A stretch of 64,000 bases of DNA from Octopus vulgaris (Eukaryota): the NCBI GenBank assembly GCA_951406725.2, contig OX597832.1, positions 5,828,001-5,892,000 of the forward strand, in the 5' to 3' direction. Every line of letters begins with the position of its first letter. Position 1 is the first letter of the stretch. Position numbers and translations under genes: made by a program. A model generated the notes under the pieces. The model did not search any database and had not been told where the DNA came from. It worked only from the letters and a program-made list of their open reading frames with translations. This document shows, piece after piece, positions 43,151 to 57,690 of the stretch.

Positions 43151-46100
43151 TAGGTTATGTGAACGGAAGCACAGGGTTTAGTTTTGTTACTGTGTGGTCG
43201 TACACAGACGTTCCTTCAGGCAGTACTCAATGAATCAAGGTATGTGCTAGCAGAGTACCGACAAGAACGATTTTCACTGGTTAGCTCCAGTCTGGTAGCA
43301 GACCAGGGATGTTGTGACAGTGTAAGGGAAAGCAATTGGGCAAGATGTGCACCTATCAAAGTGCAATCACTCTACGGATCTTATGGTATCAACTTATTGC
43401 GGATTTTCAGGCGTATGGCAGCTGTCCAAAAGAAAGGGAAGAGTGAAAGTTGCAGCGGATCCGCGCGTGACTGCTGCCGTTCGTCGAAGCCGAGCACGAG
43501 ACGAGCTCCAACTGTTTCTGATCTCTGGTTGAGTGATATTACTGCTTACTTTATTACCCGAATCTTTTGAGATAGACATAGCCTGCAGTTTCGGGTCCCG
43601 TTGAAATATGAAGTAGTTGTGTTGACAATGTTATTGGGGCATATTGCGATCCGTGATCTCTGGGTTCCCTCAATAATTAAGACAAGGAAGAAATATAGAG
43701 CATCTGCAACACGCCCAAATGCAACTGGAAGGTGCTACATGGGTCTCAACCATTATATTTAGAAATTGATTTTATAGTTATCTCTTCTTATTCAGCTTAA
43801 GGAGAGGGAAATGGATCACGATAACATGGATGTCGTTCAGCAACCACTATTTCAGCGGAAACTAAAACTGTAAACCATGTATAACAGAAAAGATCCATAC
43901 ATTGAAGTAATAGTAAGTTACCATAATAAAGTGTCTTCTAGTTTCATACATGTTTCTTTTTAAAAATTCAGGTCTGAATCAATGTACATCCTTTACCAAC
44001 TTTGAAAACGTTGTGTAACATTGTCACTTCGTTTCGTAATACTAAAAAGCTGCACAAAAACAGAAAGAGCATACAGAAAGCATCTACAATTTCCAACGGT
44101 AAAGATTTGCAAATTGATGATGTCTCGCGAATTTTTGCAAGTGGTCACGCGCACACGCACACACATACACGCACAGGCACTCATAAACTACACCACTTTG
44201 AATCAGTCACATAGCCACGAAATCATACGTTTCTAACTTCTAAACTTGAAGACATTTATTAGTAAACCATTACTTATACTTTTATCTTTTGAAACCCAAA
44301 TATTATTTTAGCAGTTGAAATATCAAAGGTAAGCAAAAAAAAAAAAAACTTTGAATTTAAATTTTCTCTCTCGTTATTTTTGTCATACTGATGGAATGCT
44401 TCAGTAAGATTAACCTTAATACCTATTTCAGCCTGGATACATCTAAACATTTGGGGAGGGAGATTGTATTGTATTTTGACTTGGGGCAAAGTTTGAGACC
44501 AACTCTTGAAATGGTGTTTGGTCAAACATTCCATTCTGAAGATCTTGGATATCATGATAGTCTATCCTATAGTTTATCATATGCCAGCAGTTGGAGCGAG
44601 TGACTTTCCAAATATCTTTGTATTTATCCTTTTGACTAAACCATCTATTTCTCATTACAAGTCTCTTCTCATTGCACAATTCTAAGAGCTGAAGATTATT
44701 GTTATTTGATTTTCCAATCTCGTGTGGTTCTAAATAACTCTAGCATTGAAATCGCCTAAAATAATAATTTTGTCATCTTTTGTTATATTACTTATGGATT
44801 TTTTAAAGAGCAGTGTTAAACAACAGTATTTCAACCTCAGAATGATTCACAATAAGTGCAAATGCACAATACAATTACGAACTAACTGCTTTCTGTTGAA
44901 GAATGCAGATGAATTTAAAGGAAGTGCATGGAGCTTTTCCTAATTAATGTTTTGATTGCAAAACCGGCATCATTTTCTTTTCTCTCCTGCCTGGCGGGGT
45001 TCTCTTTCCAGAAGACACTTATCTATATTAACAGATAAAGGATTTTCTGAGATATCTACAATGCCAGTATCGAAGTGAGATTACTTTCAAGGTATTTCTT
45101 CGCCGAGGTCGTTCACTGCTTTCATTGTCAATAATTGTTTGTATATTCTAGCAAGTTATTTTCATGCTGATGAATATCGTTTAGAAGATATTCATGTTCT
45201 CAGCTGTTGCCGTGTTATTTTCTATACTTTGTTGCCGCATTGAACGAAACATCTTCTAACGCAACAACTCATCGATCCTATCTTTGAACTTCTCTGCATT
45301 AAGATCTGAAATGTAAGATCTTTTCTACCCTGATAACGGAAGCTCGTCTTATCCAATGTTGATGGCTTCCATTACGGCCACATATTATGATGAACTACAT
45401 CTACCAACATTATGATGGATCTCAGAGTCCCCAGAAACCGCTATTGGACTTGTAACACCTTTCTTCCAACACTTTAATTTTCTTTGTCGTTTGTACTCTG
45501 TGTAAGATGGATCTATTAATATAAATATCAATATGTTTATACTTAAATATTCATCGTCTGAAAGTCTCCACTTTTTGCTTTCTCTCGTTTTGCATGAATA
45601 CATATATACATATTTCGTATTTCATACCCAAACTGTTATATTTAACATATCTAATTTGCTTATCTGCGTAATTGCCTCCGTACATACATATGTGTGTGTA
45701 TATATGCATGTATGTATGTATGTATGTATGTATGTATGTATGTATGTATGTATGTGTGTGTGTGTGTGCCTGTCTGTCTGTTTGTATGTATGTATGTATG
45801 CATGCACATATTAACTCACTTATTCACATAACCCAGGAATTATCGCGATTCAAACAAGGGAACTTTGTTACTTCGTTAGTGTCCGGCCTGAATTCTGCGA
45901 AGAAGAATTTAAATGAATCTCAAACACGAAAATGCATTACATATATTTGTTTGAGTGTGTTATATGTGAATGTGTATGTCTTACTGGAGAATTTATTAAA
46001 AAAAGAATTATTCTTACTTCCAATTTCTTCTGTTTTAAAGATTCCAGGCGTTGTTATCAGTTATTAAAACAACCGGTGTCAGATGGAGATCAGAAATATT

Positions 46101-48867
46101 CTTTGGAAGCACATTTTCCCGGACAGCTCGACAATTCATGGTCAGCTGATGCGATAAGCTTCATGGAGTAGTTTCCTTTTGATAACTGTGGAGATGGTCC
46201 GGATACTCTGTTTTATATAGTGCATCGGCTCGCTTTGTACCGATGGTCAAGTGAAAAATTCATTGAAGTGTTTTAGTAACAAATCGGTTTAAAGTACTTG
46301 TATGTATAGTAACAACACCGTCCTATATATATATATATGCAGTTGATCTATTTTTTTTGTAGGCGGTCAGCAACACCTCAAAGCTACAGTCCTCTTTTTG
46401 TCAGGACTATAACTACGCTTATCAAAAGATCCCTTAATAAGCGTAGTGACTGTATTTTTGGTCTTTGAAGATCGCTTGATTGTCGTACTGATTTCGAAAG
46501 ACGTCCTCAGTACATCAGCCAAGCAAACGGTTTCTCTATGGAGACACCGTAGGCTTGGTTTGATGTACTGAGGCTGTGAATGGTTGATATTAGTGCTTGC
46601 TTTAATCGGTATGCATTCAGAAATTTCATTATTTAAAATTTTAATCAAAATGTATACAGAATTTGGATCATTACAGTCACATATCTTTTTAATGCTTTTA
46701 CTCACAACCAATTTCTTGAGTTTTATTACTGTAGTTACATTTACTACTGTATAAATATATTTACTATTGATCCTCCTGTGTCTTTATCTCATTATAGTAA
46801 ATATAGGTAAATGATCTGAAATGTCGGAACTCGATATTGCACTGAAAAAAGGATGTATATTGCATATATTTGAGCTTATATAATCAATTGTTGATTCTCT
46901 GTGTATAAAAAGAATTGTTTGGTTAAAAGATTTCTTTCCTCTTGTGAATTATCTATTTCACTGGTATTTATGATAAGATTGCTAAATTGGCCAAGTTGTA
47001 GGTGCTTCGGCTAGATAACTTTGCGGTATTCGTTTGGCTCACTGCACCTTGAATTCGAATACTATCGAAGCCAACCCTGCCTGTTGTCATTTCAGGGTCG
47101 ATAAATAAAGAATCACCCCTGTGTCGCTCTTTCTGGAAAAAGATCGGTTATAATCAGAAATGGAGAGTGATGGGCGCTGCCAGCTGTAAAAAAAGGTCCG
47201 AGTCACTCTACATTATAACTTTATCAGGAGTTGAGGACTTAAGGCCCAGAATAAATCACTTCCTTTCAATATTTTCTATTTGAATCAGTGTGAAGTTTTA
47301 GTTCTGCAAAAATATGTTTTAGATTTAAGTGGCCTATGAATACATCCTGCTACAATGTTTGATCATACGACTTCTGTCAGAATATATTCTCATGAGAAAG
47401 TAAAATTTATGTCGCTCTTGAATGACATTTGAACTGTCAAAGAATTGGAAGCCATTATCGATACTCCTCCACATTTTTTCTTTTATTCATATATACTTCA
47501 CGGTTTACTACAGGGTGTATGATCACGTTATATAAATTTTAATTAACTTCACCACGCCATTTCCATTGAAACTAATCATACTAGATTTGTTTCAAAAGCC
47601 CTAAATGTTCCTAGAGGGTAAAGCTTTCAATGCTGTGGCTATTAAGATGAAAGATTGATATGTTACATTCATTTAACATTGATACATTATTTATAAGTTA
47701 CTTTTCGGTGTAGAGTACTATTGAATTTTAGATTATGGTTAGTGCTTACGTCATCAAGTTGGCCGTTTTTGCTATTCATACTTTATTACTGTTAATTGAT
47801 CCTCTTCCTCATTTATAGCATTCACGATTGTTTTATTCATTTCCTGTTGCATAATTTAACAACTTTGGTGACGTATTTTGTGTTCTATTTATGTTTTATA
47901 TTTTGAATTGCAGTGTATAAATTTCTCTTCTGGTCTTGGTTTATTCTTTTTGGGACAGGAAACTGGAGAGTGCCATTTAGTGCACTAAACACGCATTTCC
48001 TCATTTTTACATTGACTTGGCCATATGTCCGTTTCATTGCAGCTGTGACGTATGATTGAAGCGCAACTCTGCAGTTATGTAATCCCACGAATACTCTTTC
48101 CATTTTTATGACTATTCAGTACAAAATTCAGCTTAGCGGATGGTGGTGTGATTTTAAACCACAAAAATAAAATTGCTAAATGAGATATTGAACATTTTAA
48201 AACTTTATTTCACATTTTCAATATTATTTCATATACTATTTAAACATTTATAAAGCGATTTTCAAAATTTCCCCTCTATACTGTTATTTCAATATTCTCA
48301 GATCAACACTCAGTGTTTTGATATTTAGCTAGACGGTCTACATTTTTCCTTTTTTTCTTTTGCTGAGTTCGATCATTGAACTGCAATCATACAGGGATAA
48401 CGCGTTCAATGGTTTAGTTGGTTATAGTGGCCCCCAAATACTTCGTCTAGTTCTTACGTTATCGATTTCCGAAGGAGGGAAGGTAACCAAAGCACAAAAG
48501 ATATTCTCTTCGACCCTCTTTCGATACTGAATTTTCAGTTCCATTTCCTTTGTTTTTGGTATCATTTCACTCCTTGACTGATTGTAAAATAAATAATGAT
48601 TATTTTTACCGACGTTAATTCTTTAAAAGATTTTATTAATAATATGCTCCGAGACATATTCCGTTTGCAAGTCAGGTATGGAAAATATACAAAAAGAAGA
48701 AAATACTCTTTATTTTTCTTAATAATGAATATAAATTGTAAGTCATTAAATGTAAATATATATTTGATTTCTTAGTGAAGAAACGTTTTTGATAAAAGTC
48801 CAAAGGAAGATTATGGGGAGTTCCACTAAACATCTATTTACGTCGGTATATTATTATAACACATTAT

Positions 48868-49065
48868 AAGGCGGCGAACTGGCAAAATCGTTGGTACGCC
48901 GGACAAAATGCTTAGCGGTATTTTGTCCGACTTTACGTTCTGAGTTCAAATTCCGCCGAGGTCTACTTTGCTTTTCATCCTTCCAGAGTCAATAAAATAA
49001 GTACCAGCTAAACACTTCTCCTTTCCCTCGAAAGTGCTGGCCTTGTGCCAAAATTTGAAACCATT
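48868..49065 (+). mobile_element. SINE family A
   Basis: aaggcggcgaactggcaaaatcg...ggccttgtgccaaaatttgaaacc. Confidence 0.85.
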
Positions 49066-49169
49066 ATTATAAATATGTTGGTTATATATTGATATAATTG
49101 CATTACAAATCCTCCACGTGCCATGAATCTTAATTATTTAATCATGCAAGTTTGTGTTACTAGGTCTAT

Positions 49170-49490
49170 TCCATACTATCTGTCGTTTCGGGTGTGTTGC
49201 TCGAACCAAAATTACTCTTTCTCTCCAAGCGTTCTGGCCTTCTGTGACATTTTTGAAGTCATCAATTTGTAACTCGACATCATTAGAATGTACGTCATTC
49301 TGGGTAGTCTGACATGAGAATTCCCATGACTCGTGATCTACAGAAGGAGCTCTCTCACTAATTCATCTTTACTTTGAGAGCAGTAACCAGCATATCTTAT
49401 CCGCTCTCGAATGGTTGATGATATACTGGGGATAAAGCTCTTCTTTCGTTGGATGTTGTTTCCATGGCTTATTGAGAACAACAATATTTC
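49170..49490 (-). pseudogene. RTE-X-like LINE 3' fragment
   Basis: VLNKPWKQHPTKEELY...IRERIRYAGYC.SKDELVRELLL...HG. Confidence 0.65.
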
Positions 49491-49630
49491 CCGCCCTTGC
49501 GCTGCCAGCTGGAAGAATTAGATTCCTAAGACAGGATAAGTAGCTAATACCGAAATGCTGAATTAGAAGTATCGTTTCGAGTCCGATAAAATAAGTATCA
49601 GTTAAGTACTGGGGTCGATGTAGTCGACTT

Positions 49631-52600
49631 AACAACTCGCTCAAAAGAACAAGGAAACGGTGTCAGGTCAAAAAGTCAACTCTGAACAAACAGACCCGTC
49701 TCCTATTGTCACTGTCAATGCCTTAGTGACAAGCCAAAACTCACGCCGGATCGGTCATTACCCGGTACAACAAGGACCTCGTTACTCAGTGGAGAACAAG
49801 ACTGGAGTCGAAAAGTCTGCTGCTGGAACAAACTCTCTAAAAAACGATCTACTAGGTAATCCGAGCCAGGATAACCCTAACCCTACGCCTGTAGTGACAG
49901 CACCAAAAACATCACCTAAAGCAAGACGTATAAGATGGACTAGAGAGGATTATAGAAATGTGTTGAAAGCTTTATATACAGCCCACTAAACCCAAACAAT
50001 AAACTCATAGTACAAACTTACATTTCATAGAAAAACTTACTAGGCAATGAAGCACTCAGATATATAGATGCAAATAAACTAAGTAATGTACGTAGTGACA
50101 TCATTAAGAATAAAAGACTGAAATTAGCCAAATTAGGACACAAATATCTCATGAAAATAGCAACAATGCAGATGAAATAGGTAATAGAACCCAGTATATG
50201 AATAGTTCATCCCAACGCGGAAGCTGAAGAAAAAATAGCGAAGAACAGATATGCGGCAAAAGAGAAGAAAGTAGACCTACCTCAAGAACACAGAATAGGT
50301 ATGACACAGGATTTGAAGTGAATAATGAAGAGAAAATCATAGAAGCAAAAGAAGATATTAGAGAACTCAGTAAGTTTATTGACATAATCAATAGATTACC
50401 ATTGTCAAAGTTCTCAAACAGCATAAAAACAACATAACCATGATATATAATACTGTTCTTAGACAGATCTTAATAAGGGAAATGATTTAACAACCTTAAA
50501 TAACCTCATCTATTCCACTGCTAAAGTTGTAACTGTTCAACTAGGTATCAGGACAACACAGAAAAGGACCAACCATACCAATAGACCTCTTAAGGGGAAA
50601 GTAGCAATACAAAAAGAGATAGAATCTCTGCCGGCAGATGGATCAGTTCTCGATGAACTTGCTAGAAGAGTAAATGTTAAGACGAAACGAACTAGAAAAA
50701 TCAAGCAAAAATATAAAATCAAAGGTTTTATAAACCTCTCTGCAATCAAGGAACAATTGAAACAACGAATACAACTGAAAGCCCAACGGCTTAGAAGGTA
50801 TGGCAAATGAATCAAATTTTATCAACAAGATATTCAAGACGGATGCAAAGAAATTTTGTAGAGAAATTGGCAAAAGTAAGATAGAAGTAAAGGAGCCACC
50901 TAAGACTGAGGAAATGCGAAGAGTTCTGGAAGAAGGTATGGAACAACAAAAAAGAATATAATGCCAAAGTTGACTTGATAGAGCGTCAGAAAGTGAGACT
51001 GAATGAAGTTGAAATGGAAGACAATAGGAATAGAAGAGCTAAGATGTGTTCTTAGGAAGTCTCACAAATGGAAAACTCCAGGACTGGACCGAATTCCTAA
51101 CTTCTGGCTAAATTGTCTGACAGACGTACACCAAAATTTAGCTGCATCCCTAATTGATGTCGTCCAGAACCCAGAGCAAATACCTGCCTGGGTGACTGAA
51201 GGAACAAAATACCTTCTACCAAAAACTGAAGACGCAAAAATCCAAAGAACTACCGACAATAACATGTCTGAACACCACCTACAAGATCCTCACATTCATA
51301 TTAACTGACAGAATATACGCTTTCCTTGAACAGAGATCTATCCTTCCACAAGCTCAAAAAGGCTGTAAAAAGAATTCTTATGGGTGCAAAGATCAATTAT
51401 TCATAAGTAAAATGATTGCAGAAAATTGCCGGAGCAAAAAGAAAAACCTGAGTATGGCATGGATAGACTACAAGAAAGCGTTTGATAGTGTCCAACATAA
51501 GTGGATACTCAAGGCCCTTGGAATATTTAAGATCTCTCTTGTCATCTCCAAATTCTTACCAGGTAGCAATCGCCAAATGGAACACACATCTCCTTCTAAA
51601 CTTTAGTAATGGGATGAGCCAAATTAACATAAACATCAACATCAAACAAGGCGACTTTCAAGGTGACTCCCTCTCCTCATTACTCTTTTGCATGGCAGGC
51701 GCAATGGCCTAGTGGTTAGGGCAGCGGACTCGCGGTCGCAGGATCGCTGTTTCGATTCTCAGACTGGGCGTTGTGTGTGTTTATTGAGCGAAAACACCTA
51801 AAAAGCTCTACGAGGCTCCGGCAGGGGGTGGTGATCCCTGCTGTACTCTTTCACCACAATGGCGGTGCCCTAGCATGGCCACAGCTCAAGAGCTGAAACT
51901 GGAAAAACAAACAAACAAAAACAAAAACTGATCCCACTCTCAAAAGAACTAAATAACACCAGGTATGACTTCAAAGTTTACAATACAACAACAAACGATC
52001 TGTTTTATATGGACGATCTGAAGCTGTTTGCTAGAAATGACGATGAGCTAGTAGGGCTGTTAACAACTGTTAAAGAATTCAGCAATGACATTGGGATGGA
52101 CTTTGTCCTTGATAAGTGTCCTTAAGTAACTTTTGTAAGAGGCAAGCCCAAACAAACAGCTTCCATTTAATTAGATACCGACACTACCATCAAAGAGCTT
52201 GACCCATAAGAAAATTGCAGACACCTGGGATTAAACGAAGGAGATGAAATACATGTTACTATGAAGGAAAAATAAGAAAAGCATATTACAGGAGAATACG
52301 ACTCATACTAAAAACTGAACTCAACTCTACAAATCACATCGAAGCCATTAACACCCTGACACTTCTAGTAGTCCAATATAGTTTTAACATCATTAACTGG
52401 AATCTTACAGAGCTCCAACGTTTGGACAGGAAGACAAAAAAATACTAACTTCTAAGAACATGCATCACCCAAAAGCAGATGTTGATCGTCTGTACCTACC
52501 TAGAAGTAATGGAGGAAGAGGAATGATGCAGGTAGAAATGTCCTATAAGACCTCCCAAATAGCAATGAACAAGTACTTATCTACTACAAAGGACTGGACG

Positions 52601-53673
52601 CTGCGACCTGCGTGCAAACACGAAAGTAGCAAAAAGTCACATTCGCTTGCAAATTCGCAAGAGAATTTGACATTGATCCTGAAATAGTTGAAGAATCTGA
52701 AACCACTGTCACAAAACAAGCAAAATAGATCAAGCAGACTGCAAAAAAGAACGGGCAGAAACAAATTGAGGAGCGATGGAGCCAGAAGCCTCTGCATAAA
52801 CAGTATATACTTCGAAGTCGAAATGCTGATGTAGATCAATCAACAACCCATCAGTGGCTGAGAAGTTTCATATTGGCGGCACAAGACCAAAGCTTGCTCA
52901 CAAAAAAAAAAAAAAAAAAAAATTATCAGACTAACGTTCTTCAAAACGGTTCTGACCCTAAATGCAGATTCTGCAACACATTTGACGAAACAATAGACCA
53001 TCTCGTCTCGGGATGTCCTGTGCTGACACAAACGAATATAAAAATCGCCACGATAAGGCAGGACAGTGTTTACATTGGAAAATATGTAAACACTTCAAAA
53101 TCAGCACTCCTGCTTAATGATATGAACATCAACTTGAGCCAGTCGTTGAAAGTAAAAATTTCACTATCCTCTGGGATTTTCCAGTCAACACTGACAGAAC
53201 GATCCAAGCTAATCGACCAGACATAATTATTAAGGTGAGGGAAGAAGAGGCTTGTACACTAATAGATGTAAGTGTTACCACTGATAAAAAATACATCTGT
53301 CAAGGAATTTAACCAACTAAGTAAATATAAGGACCTGGAAATTGAAATGCAAAAGATGTAGCATCTTAAAACGATAACTGTTCCTGTTATTGTAGGTGCC
53401 CTAGTTATAATAAAAAAGGGGTGTCAGAAACATCTAGGTAAGATCCCAGGAGAACCATGTCTCAGAGAAATCCAAACGATTGTATTGACAAGTACTGCCC
53501 ACATCCTTAGAAAAATCCTATCCATTTAAACGTCTGTGTTGTATTATATGAAGATATTTCACTACCTCCCCTCCCCAAGCTTTCAATCATACTGTAGCAT
53601 CTCTTATCCTTCACTCGCCCCAAGACACTGGGTGTGTCTCGGCAAGTGACTGTAACAAACATGCAGATTAAAA

Positions 53674-53674
<1 letters not shown>
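49631..53674 (+). mobile_element. Decayed near-full-length R4/Dong-clade non-LTR retrotransposon (RT + CCHC + RLE)
   Basis: RIRWTREDY N-term; WKTPGLDRIPNFWL; QKGC..SYGCKDQL; WIDYKKAFDSV; FQGDSLS; FYMDDLKLFA; HPKADVDRLYLPR..GGRG; AAQDQ; CRFC..ETIDHLVSGC; ILWDF...NRPDI; many stops and frameshifts; (TAA)n tail. Confidence 0.9.
51697..51926 (+). mobile_element. tRNA(Arg)-like SINE family C inserted in the R4 RT
   Basis: ggcgcaatggcctagtggttagggcagcggactcgcggtcgc head; splits LLFCMA|LIPLSKEL. Confidence 0.85.

Positions 53675-53752
<78 letters not shown>
53675..53752. repeat. (TAA)n tail/target
   Basis: Direct reading. Confidence 0.95.
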
Positions 53753-53754
<2 letters not shown>

Positions 53755-55242
53755 TGGATGTGCTACACTGGGCTCTCCATTCAAAAACAAAACTAATCTA
53801 ATAGAATCGGTGGAATGGGATAAAGAAATCTGTTGAAGACTTGAAGGAAGCGACATTTTAACGAAAATAATCACAAAGGCGAACTTTTACTGCCATATAA
53901 AACACAGTGTCTCCTATTCACGATGTCTCAGTGAAACATGTGCGAAACACACACGGGAAATCAACAGCGGAAAGTTTACAAATTATAAAATATAAATGGA
54001 ACAAAACAGTAAGTACATAAATTGAGTAATTACGCATACACTCGAATGTCTACACAACGATATATACATTTTAATACCCATAGGACTATACACATATCCC
54101 AATGTTTACATAACTACGGGAAATTTACAGGACACACATACACGCATATGAAAACACGTGTCACAAACGAAGCAAAAACAAAAAACAAAAAACGATATTT
54201 TATTTTTCAAACTAACGCAGAGTGAACAATTCATACATTTAAAAACACCACAAAAAACTACAGACGAATACAGATCTGTTAGCCTTAAGAAGCTACCTTA
54301 GGAGCAATGTTTCCATGCAGAGAACTCGGAGGCGGTATTGTCTTAAAAAATTAACCCTAAAAAGACAGATCCGTCACCTAATGTCCAAGCTCATCGCAAA
54401 ATACAAACCGATCGGTCGTTACCCGGAACATTAAGGACTACGTACTCGAATGATGAACCAGATTCGATTCGAAAAAGCAGCTATTGGTTCAAATCTTCCC
54501 GAAACACAGGAGCTGGAAGTACTCCACAACTGGAATATTCCAACAGATGGCCTTCCATGCGTCTACATTATCTCAACAGGCATGATAGAGCAGCACAATA
54601 TATACACTGGGTAATTTGCAAAATCCTGGACCTGCCCATTAATAAAAACAGGTGGAACACAAACCACCCCCAGTGCTGCTTGAAAATGTTCACATCTCAC
54701 TCCTCTGGAACTTCACACTTCAAACTGATAGAAAAATAAATGTGAATAGGCCAGACATTATATTGAAAGACTTCAGACAAAAAATCGTGCCTCCTCAGGC
54801 CCAGTCGACATAAATCTATGTCAAGACCTACCAAAAACTGAGCAAGTATAAAGATTCTGAAATAGAAAATGGCAAAATGTGGAATCTCAAAACTAAAACA
54901 ATACCTGTTGTCATAGGTGCCCTAGGAATGATAGCAAAAGGGGCTGATTCCTACCTAGCTCAGATACCAGGAAACCCAAAATGGCAGAAATTGAAAAGAT
55001 AGTGCTCATAGAATCTGCCCATATCCTACGTAAAATACTGTCTATGTAGTTTCAAATTTTAAAACAAACTTATAATTTTCTTATGTTATCTTAAACATTC
55101 TCTAGAACAATACTATGTGCAAAACCAAATATATGACACCCTAGGCATAACGCCAACATGAACTTCTAACTTGTTGTCTCTTGAGGTCTCTGAGTGAGAC
55201 TTGGAGCCAACTTGTACAAATACAAAGCAAAAGTCAAACATA
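53753..55242 (+). mobile_element. Internally deleted R4/Dong-like element
   Basis: 54360-54495 homologous to 49685-49830 (TDPSP..IG.YP..EK.A.G.N); joined directly to YLNRHDRAAQYIHWVICK...NRPDII...PVVIGALG; (TAA)n tail. Confidence 0.75.
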
Positions 55243-55260
55243 TAATGATAATAATAATAA

Positions 55261-55666
55261 CGAGATAGAGAATAGGAAACCAGACATAGTGTTAATTGAG
55301 AACGAAAGCAAACGATGCTGGATTATAGATATAGCATGCCCAGCTGACAAAAAGGCATGTGATAAGGAAGAAAGAAAAGTCGATAGATATCACAGGTTAG
55401 TTTGGGAGTTTAAACAGTTGTGGTCGCTGAAAGAAGTGGTAGTAGTACCAATAATTGTCAGAGCGCTGGTAATAGTAAGAATCTTGAGAAGTACATGGAA
55501 CAAATAGGGTTGCAATAATGGTGGAGCACTTTCAGAAAACAGCACTGCTTTGAACCGCTCAAATACTCCGGATGGTGCTCAAAAAGTAAGGGGTGTTACC
55601 TTAGTTCACTGGTAGTGAACAGCTGACACCATAGTACGTCTCCAGCCTTAGAAGCTGTGCAGAGAC

Positions 55667-55667
<1 letters not shown>
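55261..55667 (+). pseudogene. 5'-truncated RLE LINE (third family) with (TAA)n tail
   Basis: EIENRKPDIVLI...CWIIDIACPAD...KEERKVDRY...QLW...VVPIIV.AL; TAA array 55668-55735. Confidence 0.8.
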
Positions 55668-56600
<933 letters not shown>

Positions 56601-57567
56601 AGAGAGAATAATGCTAATGATGATGATGATGAAAATGATAATTATTATTATTATTATTATTATTATTACATAAACGCCTGGACAGTAATATATATATATA
56701 TATATATATAAACTGGTGTATACGATTGTCGTTGTATAGGATTTTAATAAATGAAATCTTGGATTAGGTTTACCACACTCAAGTTGTGAAAAATCTATAT
56801 ATTTGTGATCTTTCATTGATTAAAAGAAATTTCTACAATATTATATAGAAATCTTGTATTTTGTGTAGAAATATTCTCTTTCACAGATTAAGACTAATTT
56901 CGCAGTGTACTATGTATATCAGTATATTATTATATTATCTATATCAGTATATTATTTATTTCACCAGCTTCAGATGAAAAGGAAAGGGAAAATACGTGAA
57001 GGTAGAGCAGACTGAAGAGCAGTAATTTTAACTCACAAGATACTGTGATAAAATCTGGCCTATTTTAGTATGTGCCAACTTCGCATCCTTTCTTTTCTTT
57101 TCAGAAATATAAACAATTTACGTGCGCAGTTGTTAGTTTAAAAGAGGAGATGCTATATGACTATGCGAGGCTCAGGCTTTTTACAACAGAAATGAAACTA
57201 AACACTGAAACCAAATTACAGCTTGCCTTCTTTACTCTCTGATGTTCTTACACATACAAAGGGAAAGAGTTCCTTTTGACTAGACTTAATATCGGGATAA
57301 ACAGGGAAAGTGTAACCGAAAATGTGTACACTTTTTGGATATTATTAGAAACATTTTAAGTATGTCACGTTTATGGCGTACATGTTCAGCTGAACAGGAA
57401 GCCTTCTCCACTTGATGAGGTTCGACTAGAATTTTAATGTTATTATTCAGACTGAGGAAGAAAGGCTATAACAATCGCCGGACCTCTCAGGAATAGTGTC
57501 GTAAGATTGATTTATTTGATGATTATTTGGGATTTCTGAAGGTTAATTTCTGGAAGTAAAACAGGAC

Positions 57568-57690
<123 letters not shown>

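Noticed and set aside
43184-43570. 128-aa ORF in a GC-richer patch
   Set aside because: No recognisable domain, non-ATG start, no convincing splice sites; probably a decayed retroelement
46363-46467. Possible neuropeptide-like last exon (..KRSLNKRSDC..)
   Set aside because: Dibasic sites arise within an inverted repeat; no upstream exon or signal peptide found
51697-51772. tRNA-Arg-like sequence (also 56145-56219)
   Set aside because: Continues into a SINE body and tail, and one copy is inserted in a LINE; SINE head, not a tRNA gene
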